Below, piece after piece: positions 1-8,716 of a stretch of DNA of 64,000 nucleotides. The position numbers were made by a program, and so were the translations under genes. Source of the DNA: an uncultured Syntrophobacterales bacterium (GTDB lineage Bacteria; Desulfobacterota; Binatia; UBA9968; JAJDTQ01); the NCBI GenBank assembly GCA_964630405.1, contig CAZVUC010000050.1, positions 8,948 to 72,947 of the forward strand, given 5' to 3'. A model generated the notes under the pieces. It saw only the letters and a program-made list of their open reading frames with translations. It searched no databases and was not told the origin of the DNA. Position 1 is the stretch's first letter. The number at the start of each line of letters is the position of its first letter.

Positions 1-102
1 CGAGGAGAACCAACCAAAGTAGCTCTCGTCCAACATGAAAAAAACCGCGAGGATCAGCGCACCCAGCAAATACCAAGCAGTGAACGCATCCGGCCGAACC
101 AT
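1..102 (-). CDS. Partial CDS (N-terminal 34 aa only): hydrophobic, probable membrane protein. It continues beyond the window start.
   Basis: ATG at 100-102 (minus strand). AAGAGG Shine-Dalgarno 6 nt upstream. N-terminus MVRPDAFTAWYLLGALILAVFFML is transmembrane-like. Lies directly downstream of the Cys-repeat gene on the same strand. Confidence 0.35.
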   Translation of the reverse strand, partial: MVRPDAFTAWYLLGALILAVFFMLDESYFGWFSS

Positions 103-199
103 GACATACCTCTTTTCCGTGATAGGGGTTGAGGGGTCAGATCATCCATGGGCCTGCCCACGGCGGGTCACCATGGCTGATCTGCCCCTCTAAGGACGT

Positions 200-697
200 T
201 TATTTGCCGTCTCCGTCGGTGTCGATCTGTTCGCAGAGATCGGTGCCCTTGTTGACCGCGACGGCGGCAACACCTGCGCCGACAACCGTGCCAACCGGGC
301 CGGTCGCTACGCCGGCCACGACGGTGGCTGCGGCGCCAGCGTTTACGAGCCCCGTGCATACAGTTTCGGCTACATACTCGACTGCGGTGTCGGCTGCGGT
401 GTGCGTGTACGTAGTCCCTACTTGGGAGTGGTACGCGGGCTCATAGCCAAAGTTCAGGTCGGAACTCGTGCCGGAACCGCTGTCGTCGTCGGCTGACGAC
501 GTGTCTGAGCCGGAATCATCGTCACCGTTGGCGCCGGTGTCGTCGCACGAGCACGAACAACTGCAGCTACATCCGCACCCGCAGCCACATCCGCACCCGC
601 AGCCGTGGACCTCCAGGTCGAGCTCGTCACCGTCCGGGTCCAGCATCCATGAGGTTACGATGGAATCATTGTGGGTGGAAAAGTCAAGAATCTCCAT
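200..697 (-). CDS. Small acidic Cys-Gly/Cys-Ser dipeptide-repeat protein (165 aa). Resembles a metallothionein or a peptide precursor. Function unknown.
   Basis: Strong Shine-Dalgarno AAGGAGG 8 nt upstream of the ATG at 697. Core reads HGCGCGCGCGCGCSCSCSCSCDD and is encoded by a perfect 18-bp tandem duplication at 569-604. C-terminus is Gly/Ala/Val-rich. Confidence 0.6.
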   Translation of the reverse strand: MEILDFSTHNDSIVTSWMLDPDGDELDLEVHGCGCGCGCGCGCSCSCSCSCDDTGANGDDDSGSDTSSADDDSGSGTSSDLNFGYEPAYHSQVGTTYTHTAADTAVEYVAETVCTGLVNAGAAATVVAGVATGPVGTVVGAGVAAVAVNKGTDLCEQIDTDGDGK

Positions 698-730
698 TTT
701 GGTAGTCCTCCTTCTTTGAGTCCAAGTCCT

Positions 731-799
731 CGAACCGGTGTAGGCGCCTACATAAATTAAATCGTCCGGTTCGGAAAGGACTTAAGGCACGGTCGTGCC
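731..799. promoter_or_regulatory. Candidate operator and promoter region upstream of the Cys-repeat gene. Contains nested palindromes.
   Basis: Perfect 12-bp palindrome GTAGGCGCCTAC at 740-751. It is flanked by inverted repeats CGAACCGG (731-738) and CCGGTTCG (766-773). A second palindrome GGCACG-GT-CGTGCC sits at 786-799. Confidence 0.3.
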
Positions 800-835
800 C
801 GGAGGCCGATATTTTTGGAGAGGGTGGCGGAGCCG

Positions 836-2134
836 TCAGTGGTTGCTATCGCCGGCCGGAAGCGGCGCGGGCTTTACCGGCCGCCGGATGAGCAGAGTCA
901 GTCCGGCGCACAGGATCTGCACCGCGATGAAGAGGATCAGCGACAGGTCGTAGCTGCCGGTGTAGTCGTAGGGATAGCCGAAGGCGAGGCCGCCGGTGGC
1001 GGCGCAGAGCAGGAGGATCGGCACGCTGAGGCTCCGGACCGTGCCGAGGGATATGCGGCCGAAGTAGTTGGCCCACATGACCTCCTGGAGGACTTGCGCG
1101 CCGCCGAGTCCGGCCCCGTAGAGGAAGAAGGCTACGTAGAGCCAGCGCAACTCGGTGGTCTGCAGGGCAAGGACGAGTCCCGAGGCCTGTATCACGAACA
1201 TCAGCGCCGTGGCCTTGCGGACGCTGACCCGTTCTCCCACGAACCCCCACAGAAGGCCCGATCCGAGCTGGGTCGCGGCGGTGACCGTCTGCACGGAGCC
1301 GGCCCAGACCGGCGAGTAGCCCATGTCGGATATGAACGGGACCAGGTGGAGGTTGAAACCCGCGACCCCCATGTCGACGGTGCTGAAGATGAAGGTGATG
1401 AGCCAGAAGGTCGACGTGCGCATGGCTTCGCGCCGGGTCCAGCTCACGTCGGCGAGCACCGGAGCGCTGCCGGACCGGTCCGAAGCGCCCGGGTCCGCGG
1501 CGGTATAGGGTTCGGAGGCGCCGTCGGGGTGAAGGCCCATGTCTTCCGGGCTGCGCCTCATCCAGACCGCCGCGGGGATCATGATGAGGAAGATCACCAA
1601 GACTCCGAAAAGGATCCACACGTAACGCCAGCCGATGGCAGTGAGGAGGACCGCGGCGACGAGGGCGATGGCGGTCTTGGAGATTCCCTGTCCCAGGTGC
1701 GCGATGGCCACGGCCCGGCCGCGCTTCTTCACGAACCAGCGGGAGATGGTGACGTTGACCACGAAGTAGCACACCAGGGCGTGGCCGATGGACACCGGCC
1801 CCACCCGTATCAGCGCGAATTCCCAGAAATTGCGGGCGTACCCCAGCAGCAGGAAGCCGACGATGGAGATGGCCGCGCCGATGACCATGAGCCAGCGGGC
1901 GCCGTAGCGGTCCAGCAGGGAGCCGATCCACGGCGCCACGCCGGCGTAGCTCACCAGTTCCATGGCGCGCATGAGCGAGAACCTGCCGCGGGAGACGCCG
2001 AATTCCGCGGTGATGGACTTCATCAGCACGCCGAGGGTGCTGGAGAGGTAGAAGGGGCACGCGAGTTGCACCACGAAGCCGGTGCCGACGATGTACCAGC
2101 CGTAGAACAGCCTGGGTCTGGTGGACTTCTGCAT
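836..2134 (-). CDS. MFS transporter, paralog 1 of 3.
   Basis: 432 aa with multiple transmembrane segments. N-terminal motif FYGWYIVG...LSSTLGV. Paralogous to 2153-3469 and 4893-6239. Confidence 0.85.
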   Translation of the reverse strand: MQKSTRPRLFYGWYIVGTGFVVQLACPFYLSSTLGVLMKSITAEFGVSRGRFSLMRAMELVSYAGVAPWIGSLLDRYGARWLMVIGAAISIVGFLLLGYARNFWEFALIRVGPVSIGHALVCYFVVNVTISRWFVKKRGRAVAIAHLGQGISKTAIALVAAVLLTAIGWRYVWILFGVLVIFLIMIPAAVWMRRSPEDMGLHPDGASEPYTAADPGASDRSGSAPVLADVSWTRREAMRTSTFWLITFIFSTVDMGVAGFNLHLVPFISDMGYSPVWAGSVQTVTAATQLGSGLLWGFVGERVSVRKATALMFVIQASGLVLALQTTELRWLYVAFFLYGAGLGGAQVLQEVMWANYFGRISLGTVRSLSVPILLLCAATGGLAFGYPYDYTGSYDLSLILFIAVQILCAGLTLLIRRPVKPAPLPAGDSNH

Positions 2135-2152
2135 CGTTTCCAGCGGGACGGT

Positions 2153-3469
2153 TTATTGGCGGGCCGCTTCGGGCGTTGCCGGGTGCCGCGGCCTGCGTAT
2201 CGTAAGCGTCAGCGCGGACGAGATCAGCAGCATGGTCATGAACAGGAAGAGGGAGATCCTGTAGGACCCGGTGTAGTCGTACACGAAACCGAAGAACGGC
2301 GGTCCGCAGACGCCGCACAACAGCACGACCTGGAGGGCGGCGCCCCGAACGGTGCCGAGGGAGACCCGGCCGAAATAGTTCGCCCACATGACCTCTTCCA
2401 GCACCTGGGCGCCGCCGAGCCCCAGGCCGTAGAAGAAGAACCCGAGGTAGATGGTCGACAGGTCCTGCGCGTTCGCCGCCACGTACAGCCCGGCGGCTTC
2501 CACCAGGAACAGGAACGAGATGACCTTGCGGACGCTGACGCGCTCGCCGACGAAGCCCCACAACAGCCCCGAGGTCGCTTGCGTCCCGGCGATGACGGTC
2601 ATGGTCAGGGCGGCCGGAAACCCGCCGAACCCAAGGTCCGAAACGTAGGAGACCACGTGGAGGTTGAGGCCGGTGATGCCGATGTCCACCATGCCGAATG
2701 CCAGGATGATCAGCCAGAAGGTGGACGTGCGCCGCACTTCCTTCCGGGTCCAGCGGACATCGGGATCCGGTTGGCCCCCGGTCCCCGCCGTCCGGCCTTG
2801 CCCGTCGACCGTGCCGTCCATGGGCTCGAGGGCGGCGTCGCCGTCCGGATGGAGCCCCATGTCTTCCGGGCTCCGCCGCATGAAGACGGCCACCGGGATG
2901 ACCGCCAGCACCACCACCAGCACGCCGAACAGGGTCCACACCTGGCGCCATGCGATGAACGTCAGCAGCCAGCCCACCACCGCGGAGATGGCCACCTTGG
3001 CGACGCCGTGCCCGAGGTGCGAGAGGGCCAGCGCCCGCCCCCGCATCCGGACGAACCACCGGGCCACGGTGACGTTCACCACGAAGTAGCAAACCAGCGC
3101 ATGGCCCACGGCCATCAGGGTCATGCGCACGGACGCGAACTGCCAGAAGGAGTACACCCAGCCCAGCAACAGGAACCCGACGGCCGAAAGGATCGCGCCC
3201 GTGACCATCATGCCGCGTGGGCCGTACTGGTCCAGCTTGGCCCCCACCCAGGGAGCCATGAGGGCGTACAGGAGATGCTCACCGGACCGAAGCAGCGAGA
3301 AGATGCCCCTGGAAACGCCGAGATCGGCGGTAACGGGCTTCAGAAAGACGCTGAGGGTGCTGGAGAGGAAGAAGGCGCAGGAGATGTTGGCCAGAAAGGC
3401 GGCGCCGACGATGTACCAGCCGTAGAAGATTCCCGGGCTTCCGGAACGGTGGGTGGAATCAGGGGTCAC
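2153..3469 (-). CDS. MFS transporter, paralog 2 of 3.
   Basis: 438 aa. Same FYGWYIVG...FLSSTLSVFLKP architecture. Lies 18 nt upstream of paralog 1. Confidence 0.85.
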   Translation of the reverse strand: MTPDSTHRSGSPGIFYGWYIVGAAFLANISCAFFLSSTLSVFLKPVTADLGVSRGIFSLLRSGEHLLYALMAPWVGAKLDQYGPRGMMVTGAILSAVGFLLLGWVYSFWQFASVRMTLMAVGHALVCYFVVNVTVARWFVRMRGRALALSHLGHGVAKVAISAVVGWLLTFIAWRQVWTLFGVLVVVLAVIPVAVFMRRSPEDMGLHPDGDAALEPMDGTVDGQGRTAGTGGQPDPDVRWTRKEVRRTSTFWLIILAFGMVDIGITGLNLHVVSYVSDLGFGGFPAALTMTVIAGTQATSGLLWGFVGERVSVRKVISFLFLVEAAGLYVAANAQDLSTIYLGFFFYGLGLGGAQVLEEVMWANYFGRVSLGTVRGAALQVVLLCGVCGPPFFGFVYDYTGSYRISLFLFMTMLLISSALTLTIRRPRHPATPEAARQ

Positions 3470-3644
3470 GGCGGTCCCGGGCGTCGAAGACGGGCAGTCG
3501 GTTCATACTTCTCTCCTCCGGCAGCGGGTGCGGTGCGTGCGGGCTCGGTGCGTTCAGGAAGACTACTTAACTAGGCAATCGCTCGGTCCGAGTCAATCGA
3601 GTGTCCGGTGTCCCGTCCGGTCAATGAATCGACCGGACAGGACA

Positions 3645-4877
3645 CTAGTCCGGAGCCGGCCACAGCCGCCGGTCGAACCGGCGCATCCAGTCGAGACCGG
3701 TGACCCACACCGCCAGCACCGAGACCAGCAGCAGCGAGTTGGCCACGGTGAACGACACGTAGTAGCTGCCGGTGAGATCGTGCAGCGCGCCTCCCAGCCA
3801 GGCGCCCAGGCCGCCGCCGACGCCCACGCTCATGACCGAGAAACCGAAGATGGTCCCGAACCCCTTGCCGGCGAAGATGTCGGCGGTGATGGCCGAGAGG
3901 ATGACGGCGCGGGAGCCGAAGGCGATGCCGAAGCCGCCGACGTAGACGTAGAGCAGCCAAGGCTGCGAGGTGTCCGCTGCCAGGGTGAGGGCCAGGACGC
4001 CGACGGCCGCGCAGGCGATGTTGAGGGTGTAGGCCGCGGTCTTGGTGAAGGCGTCGGCGATGTAGCCGAAGGCCACGCGTCCGCCGGCGCTGACGAACGC
4101 CATGACGCCGAAGACCCCGGCGGCCCAGATGTGGCTGTAACCGATGTCCACCACGTGGGCGACCTGATGAGTGACGATCAGCATGGTGCCCACCGAGCCC
4201 AGCATCCGGGAGATGAACAGGCTCCAGAACTGTATGCTCCTTAGCGCCAGCGAAGCCGACCACTCGCCGGCAGCGGCGGCGGCCGCCGTCCCTCCCGCGC
4301 TTTGCGGGCTGGGCCGGTAGGTGCTCCACACCAGGGGTATGATCAGGATGAGGATCGCCGCCGCCAGCGCCTGGAACACCCGCGGCCAGCCCCACAGGGA
4401 GATCAGCCCCTGACTGAGGGGCGAGAGGATCAGGGTGCCCACCCCCACCGCTCCGTAGACGATGCCCAGGACGAGACCCCGGCGGGAGGGGAACCACTCC
4501 GACACCACCACCACGTGGGGAATCACGCCGCCGGCCGCGAACCCCAGCGACACCACGACCCCGAAATAGAAATAGAGCTCCCACGCCGTGCTGACCCGGC
4601 TGCACAGGAGCAGGCCGGCGGCCAGGACCACGCTGCCCGCCATCACGACCCGCCGCGGCCCCAGGCGGTCGGTGAGGCGTCCGATGAAGGGCGAAGCGAG
4701 CGCGTCGGTGACCAGGTTTGCCGTCTGAAGCCCGGCGGTGACCGCGCGGCTCCAGTGAAAAGTGTCGAGGAGCGCCACGAAGAAGACGCCGAAGGAGGTG
4801 TGGAGGCCGCGAATGAAGCCGAACGTGAACGAAGCGGCTCCGGCGATGACCCACGGATGGTTGGTTTGGCGCGTCAT
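3645..4877 (-). CDS. MFS transporter of a distinct subfamily from the three paralogs.
   Basis: 410 aa polytopic membrane protein with MFS-like topology and loop motifs (GRLTDRLGPRRV). Confidence 0.8.
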   Translation of the reverse strand: MTRQTNHPWVIAGAASFTFGFIRGLHTSFGVFFVALLDTFHWSRAVTAGLQTANLVTDALASPFIGRLTDRLGPRRVVMAGSVVLAAGLLLCSRVSTAWELYFYFGVVVSLGFAAGGVIPHVVVVSEWFPSRRGLVLGIVYGAVGVGTLILSPLSQGLISLWGWPRVFQALAAAILILIIPLVWSTYRPSPQSAGGTAAAAAAGEWSASLALRSIQFWSLFISRMLGSVGTMLIVTHQVAHVVDIGYSHIWAAGVFGVMAFVSAGGRVAFGYIADAFTKTAAYTLNIACAAVGVLALTLAADTSQPWLLYVYVGGFGIAFGSRAVILSAITADIFAGKGFGTIFGFSVMSVGVGGGLGAWLGGALHDLTGSYYVSFTVANSLLLVSVLAVWVTGLDWMRRFDRRLWPAPD

Positions 4878-4892
4878 GGCGGTTTCGCGGCC

Positions 4893-6239
4893 TCAGTCGA
4901 TCCCGGCCCGACCCGCCGGTTCGGACTTGCGTGGGGGGCGCACGGCCAGGACCAGGAACGCCGACAGCAGCAGGGCGCCGATGAACACGTTGAACGACAG
5001 GAAATAGCTGCCGGTGTAGTCGTGGAAGAAGCCGAAGAAGGGCGGTCCGACGGTCGTGAATATACGGGTGATCATGATACCCAGATTGCGCACCCGGCCC
5101 AGGGAGACGCGGCCGAAGTAGTTGGCCCACAGCAGCTCGCGAATCACCAGGATCCCGCCCAGGCCGAACCCGTAGATGATGAAACCCAGGTAGACCGAGA
5201 CCGGCCCCAGGGGCGCAAGGGCCAGCCCCAGGCCGCACACCTGCAAGAGGAACTGGGCGGCGGCTGCCTTGCGCACGTCGATATGCTCGCCCACAACTCC
5301 CCAAATGAGGTTTCCGGCCATCTGGGTCAGGGACATCGCCCCCATTACGGTGGCGGCGATCTCGGGCGAATAGCCGATGTCCGTAATGTAGGGGTAGATG
5401 TGCAGGTTCAACCCGATGATCCCGAACGTGACCGTGCCGTAGGTGACCACCAGCAGCCAGAACGTGCCGGTCCGGACGGCCTCCCCTCGCGTCCATGCGA
5501 TATCGACCGCGGGCGCCTGGTGGGCTTCCTGTTTCTGAGTCTTGCCCGGGGAAGGCTGATGGGGCGCCAGCGCGCCGTCCGGTTGAAGGCCCATGTCCTC
5601 CGGGCTTCGCCGGACCACCAGGAACGCCGGCAGCACGACCATGGCCAGGGTCAACAGGCCGAACACCATCCAGGTGTTGCGCCATCCCACCAACGCGAAG
5701 AGTCCCACGGCGAGCAGGGGCATGGTCGCCTTGGCGAGGCCGTTTCCGGTGTTGGCGATGGAGATGGCACGGCCCCGCTTGCGGACGAACCAGCGCGAGA
5801 TCATGACGTTGACGACCATGTAGCTCATCAGCGTGTCGCCCACGGTGACGGGGAGCCATCGTATGACCATGAACTGCCAGAACTCCTGGATCTGGCTGAG
5901 CAGGATGAAACCGGCCCCTCCCACCAGCGCTCCGGTCACGATGAGCCATCGGGCTCCGTAACGGTCGATGAGGGGGCCCACCAGGGCCGCGATCACCGAG
6001 GAGAACATGACCTCGCCGCTGCGGATGAACGAGAAGACTCCCCGGGAAATGCCGAACTCGGCCGTGAGGGGTTTCAGAAAGATGCTGAGGGTGCTGGATA
6101 GCGCGAAGGACGAGCCGAGGTAGCAGATGAAGCCGACGCCGACGATGTACCAGCCGTAGAAGATCTTGCGGGTCACTATATCGAGTTGGTTTACTGGTGC
6201 GTCGCGGGAATGGCAACCGGCGGGACACGAACCTGGCAA
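4893..6239 (-). CDS. MFS transporter, paralog 3 of 3. The start is uncertain and may be the internal GTG giving VTRKIFYGWY.
   Basis: IFYGWYIVGVGF...LSSTLSIFLKPLTAEFGISRG is highly similar to paralogs 1 and 2. Lies 15 nt upstream of the 3645-4877 gene. Confidence 0.8.
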   Translation of the reverse strand: MPGSCPAGCHSRDAPVNQLDIVTRKIFYGWYIVGVGFICYLGSSFALSSTLSIFLKPLTAEFGISRGVFSFIRSGEVMFSSVIAALVGPLIDRYGARWLIVTGALVGGAGFILLSQIQEFWQFMVIRWLPVTVGDTLMSYMVVNVMISRWFVRKRGRAISIANTGNGLAKATMPLLAVGLFALVGWRNTWMVFGLLTLAMVVLPAFLVVRRSPEDMGLQPDGALAPHQPSPGKTQKQEAHQAPAVDIAWTRGEAVRTGTFWLLVVTYGTVTFGIIGLNLHIYPYITDIGYSPEIAATVMGAMSLTQMAGNLIWGVVGEHIDVRKAAAAQFLLQVCGLGLALAPLGPVSVYLGFIIYGFGLGGILVIRELLWANYFGRVSLGRVRNLGIMITRIFTTVGPPFFGFFHDYTGSYFLSFNVFIGALLLSAFLVLAVRPPRKSEPAGRAGID

Positions 6240-6280
6240 ATCATATTCATATCAGAAAAGAGAATATCTATTCGTTAAAA

Positions 6281-6295
6281 ACGAACCATGAACCA
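6281..6295. promoter_or_regulatory. Palindromic candidate operator TTCGTT-AAA-AACGAA in an AT-rich divergent intergenic island.
   Basis: Perfect inverted repeat inside the AT-rich 6240-6398 island, in a genome of about 68% GC. Lies between the divergent MFS array and the 6399 gene. Confidence 0.3.
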
Positions 6296-6313
6296 TTTGA
6301 CCCACTAAATTGC

Positions 6314-6342
6314 TTGACAGTGTAACGTTGGAAGCTTAGATT
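6314..6342 (+). promoter_or_regulatory. Sigma-70-like promoter for the 6399 gene.
   Basis: TTGACA at 6314-6319, a 17-bp spacer, then TAGATT at 6337-6342. Confidence 0.4.
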
Positions 6343-6398
6343 GCATTTAGGAACAAAGGGAAGAGAAAAGGTCGGATAAGGGAACCGGTTTCAGTCTA

Positions 6399-6857
6399 AT
6401 GGAACGGACGGTAGCAGCGATGAAGGAAGACACGAAAGTTACAGCTATTACGGCCCAGGACAAGGAGTCCGGCGACCGCCCGGCTCGGGAGCGCGCAATG
6501 GCCGATGCCTTCGATGCCGTGACGTTGTTCGATGCCGACGGCGTGGACGTGGACCTGTATACCGACACGGTCCAGCGCAAGTCGTCACTGGAACCCGAGA
6601 AGCACCTGCTTCTCGCCATCCTCGAGGACGCCCTCGCCTGTTACCGAAAGAACATCTTTGCCCGGACCGCCAGGAAGCGGACGGTCTATCGGGACGCGGA
6701 GGAATGGATCTTCGCCACCGACGATGACCGTTTCCTCGGCTTCGAGTCCGTTTGCGGAGCGCTGGGTATAGAGCCCAGCTACCTGCGCCGGGGCCTGGTG
6801 GAGTGGAAGAGGCGCAAGGTCAAAGCCAACGCCAACGCTCCCGCAGAAGCGGCGTAG
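6399..6857 (+). CDS. Hypothetical protein of 152 aa with an acidic N-terminus and a basic C-terminus.
   Basis: Clean ORF downstream of a good promoter. Codon usage matches the neighbours. I recognise no domain. Confidence 0.5.
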   Translation: MERTVAAMKEDTKVTAITAQDKESGDRPARERAMADAFDAVTLFDADGVDVDLYTDTVQRKSSLEPEKHLLLAILEDALACYRKNIFARTARKRTVYRDAEEWIFATDDDRFLGFESVCGALGIEPSYLRRGLVEWKRRKVKANANAPAEAA

Positions 6858-6897
6858 GGGCGGCGTTCCGAACCTGCGGCGGCCGCACTTCGCCATT

Positions 6898-6927
6898 GGG
6901 GGGGCGGTTTGAAACCAGCCCCCCGCC
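6898..6927. repeat. GC-rich stem-loop GGGGGGC-GGTTTGAAACCA-GCCCCCC between convergent genes. Member of a REP-like or terminator-like motif family.
   Basis: Shares the GGCGG-TTTCARACC-CCGCC core with the motifs at 39471 and 42892. Confidence 0.4.
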
Positions 6928-6931
6928 GCCG

Positions 6932-8578
6932 CTACCGGCTGGATTTCTTGAACTCCGTCCGGAGTTCGGACGCGAGCCGCCCGAGGCGGTAGGTCTTCCA
7001 GTCGATGAACCTCGCGTAGCCTGCCAGCCGCGGGTGCACCGCGGCAATCTGACGCCACATCTCCTGCGTGATCGAGCGGTAGTCGGGATGCCCTTGCGGC
7101 ATGGTCCGCAGCTCGCCGATGTGCACCGCCTCCCGCAGGTTCATCTTCATGTACCATCGCGTGCGATACGCGAACGGCACCACGTACTGCGCCTCCCGCG
7201 GATGGTCCCCACGGATCCGTTGGTGGAGTTCGGCGGCGCGGTCCATGCAGCGGCGGTACTCGCCGTCGAAGCCCGCCTCGGCGATCTCCGGCGGGGTGTC
7301 GTAGCCGTGGGCGGTGGTGAAGTCCTGCCGCTCCTGGCTCAGCAGGCGATGCCGCTGGAGGTCGCGGTAGGCGCCGAGGTTGCCGATGATGTCGAAGGTG
7401 TAATAGACCTGCTCCAGCGCGCGCCCGGGCTTCTCGCGCCGGTGTCGCCGGCCCTTCATGTAGGCGTCGAGCACCGCCTGCTTCCGTTCATCCGGCAGCC
7501 GCGCCGCCAGCTCCCGCAACTGTGACAAAGTGTGCGTCGCGTGGGGATACAGGATGGCGGCGATGACCCTCTCTTCCGCCTGCCCGTCGTGATCCACCAA
7601 CGTCACGCTCGGACCTTCCCGCGCCCGTCCGGTCACCAGCTCTTCCGCCAGCGCGCGGGCGTGGCTGAACGTCTCCGACAGGTACGGGCTCGGCTGGGCC
7701 CGCTTCACGAACGAGGGGATCAGCGTGTCCAGCTCCCGGCCCATGGCGGCGCCGAGGTCGCGGAGCTCCGCGAGGTCGCTGGAATGGCACTTGGACAACA
7801 GGTATTCGAAGGCCTGTCCCACCCCGAACAGCCCGACGTTGGTGCGGGTCGCCGCGGGCAGATAGCCCCTCAGGATGTCGCAGGCATGGGCCCGTACCGT
7901 GGACCGGTACGCGGTCTCCGCCCAACGGGCGAGCTTCTCGTCCTGGCGGGCTTCGGCGTAGGTGACGGCGTCGCCGGTCCCGGGGTGCCGCAGTTCCGTT
8001 TCCTCCAGCGGAACGGACTTCCGGACGTGCTCGATCATGGGGTCCATCTGCCGCGAGTAGGTGTCGAACAGGAGCTCCATGAGCTCCAGGTAGGCCTCGC
8101 CGTGTCTCGACCGGGCAAGGGTCGGCTCGACGAAGAACAGGTGCCGGCCGGAGGCGTCCTTGCGGTCGAAACGCACGTAACGGGTGGACTTCTCCAGCGG
8201 CGCCATGCCGATCCGCGCGTCCTCGAGAGCCTTGGCGGCCACGTTGGAGATGTCCTCGCAGGCGACGTGGGCGCCGCCGAGCTGGGCCACCGAGTCGTCG
8301 CCGTATCCGATGAGCACCCGCTCGTAGAAGGCCCGTGCCCGGCGCACCGCGGGGTCGTCGCGGCCGGCCGCCGCCGGGGTGTCGAGGGCGGCGGAGAGGT
8401 CCTCGTCACGGAGAAACTCGTCCAGAAACGTGCGCCGGAGGTCCTTGGCCGAGCGGCTGTAGCGCGAGAAGAGCGCTCCGGCCACCTCTTGCGGCAGCCT
8501 GAGGCCGAAGACCGGCCGGTCCACGTTGGTGAAGAACGGCGCGAGTCGCTCGCGTTCCGCCGGAGTGAAGTTTTCCAT
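6932..8578 (-). CDS. thyX: FAD-dependent thymidylate synthase ThyX-like, tandem two-domain form (548 aa).
   Basis: C-terminal domain has the ThyX signature YTFDIIGNLGAYRDLQRHRLLSQERQ, matching the canonical [25 protein letters not shown]. The true start is the ATG at 8578. The 1300-aa ORF in the track is an upstream artefact. Confidence 0.6.
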   Translation of the reverse strand: MENFTPAERERLAPFFTNVDRPVFGLRLPQEVAGALFSRYSRSAKDLRRTFLDEFLRDEDLSAALDTPAAAGRDDPAVRRARAFYERVLIGYGDDSVAQLGGAHVACEDISNVAAKALEDARIGMAPLEKSTRYVRFDRKDASGRHLFFVEPTLARSRHGEAYLELMELLFDTYSRQMDPMIEHVRKSVPLEETELRHPGTGDAVTYAEARQDEKLARWAETAYRSTVRAHACDILRGYLPAATRTNVGLFGVGQAFEYLLSKCHSSDLAELRDLGAAMGRELDTLIPSFVKRAQPSPYLSETFSHARALAEELVTGRAREGPSVTLVDHDGQAEERVIAAILYPHATHTLSQLRELAARLPDERKQAVLDAYMKGRRHRREKPGRALEQVYYTFDIIGNLGAYRDLQRHRLLSQERQDFTTAHGYDTPPEIAEAGFDGEYRRCMDRAAELHQRIRGDHPREAQYVVPFAYRTRWYMKMNLREAVHIGELRTMPQGHPDYRSITQEMWRQIAAVHPRLAGYARFIDWKTYRLGRLASELRTEFKKSSR

Positions 8579-8716
8579 GGGGATTCCGGAGATTATCGGT
8601 TGGCGAGGGAAAAATCCAATCGAAAGCGTTGATACGCGTTGTATGCGGCCTGACTCATCTGGCAAACTTGTTGAAGGAGAGTCGCGAAACCAGGTCTTCA
8701 AAGGAGTCCACCGTCC

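Noticed and set aside
545-604. CRISPR-like short tandem repeats
   Set aside because: These are 18-bp in-frame coding repeats inside the Cys-Gly gene. There are no spacers and no cas genes.
8659-8675. Sigma-54-like TGGCAAActtgTTGAA upstream of tkt
   Set aside because: The -12 element lacks the conserved GC (it reads TTGA). tkt is not expected to be sigma-54 dependent. Probably a chance match.
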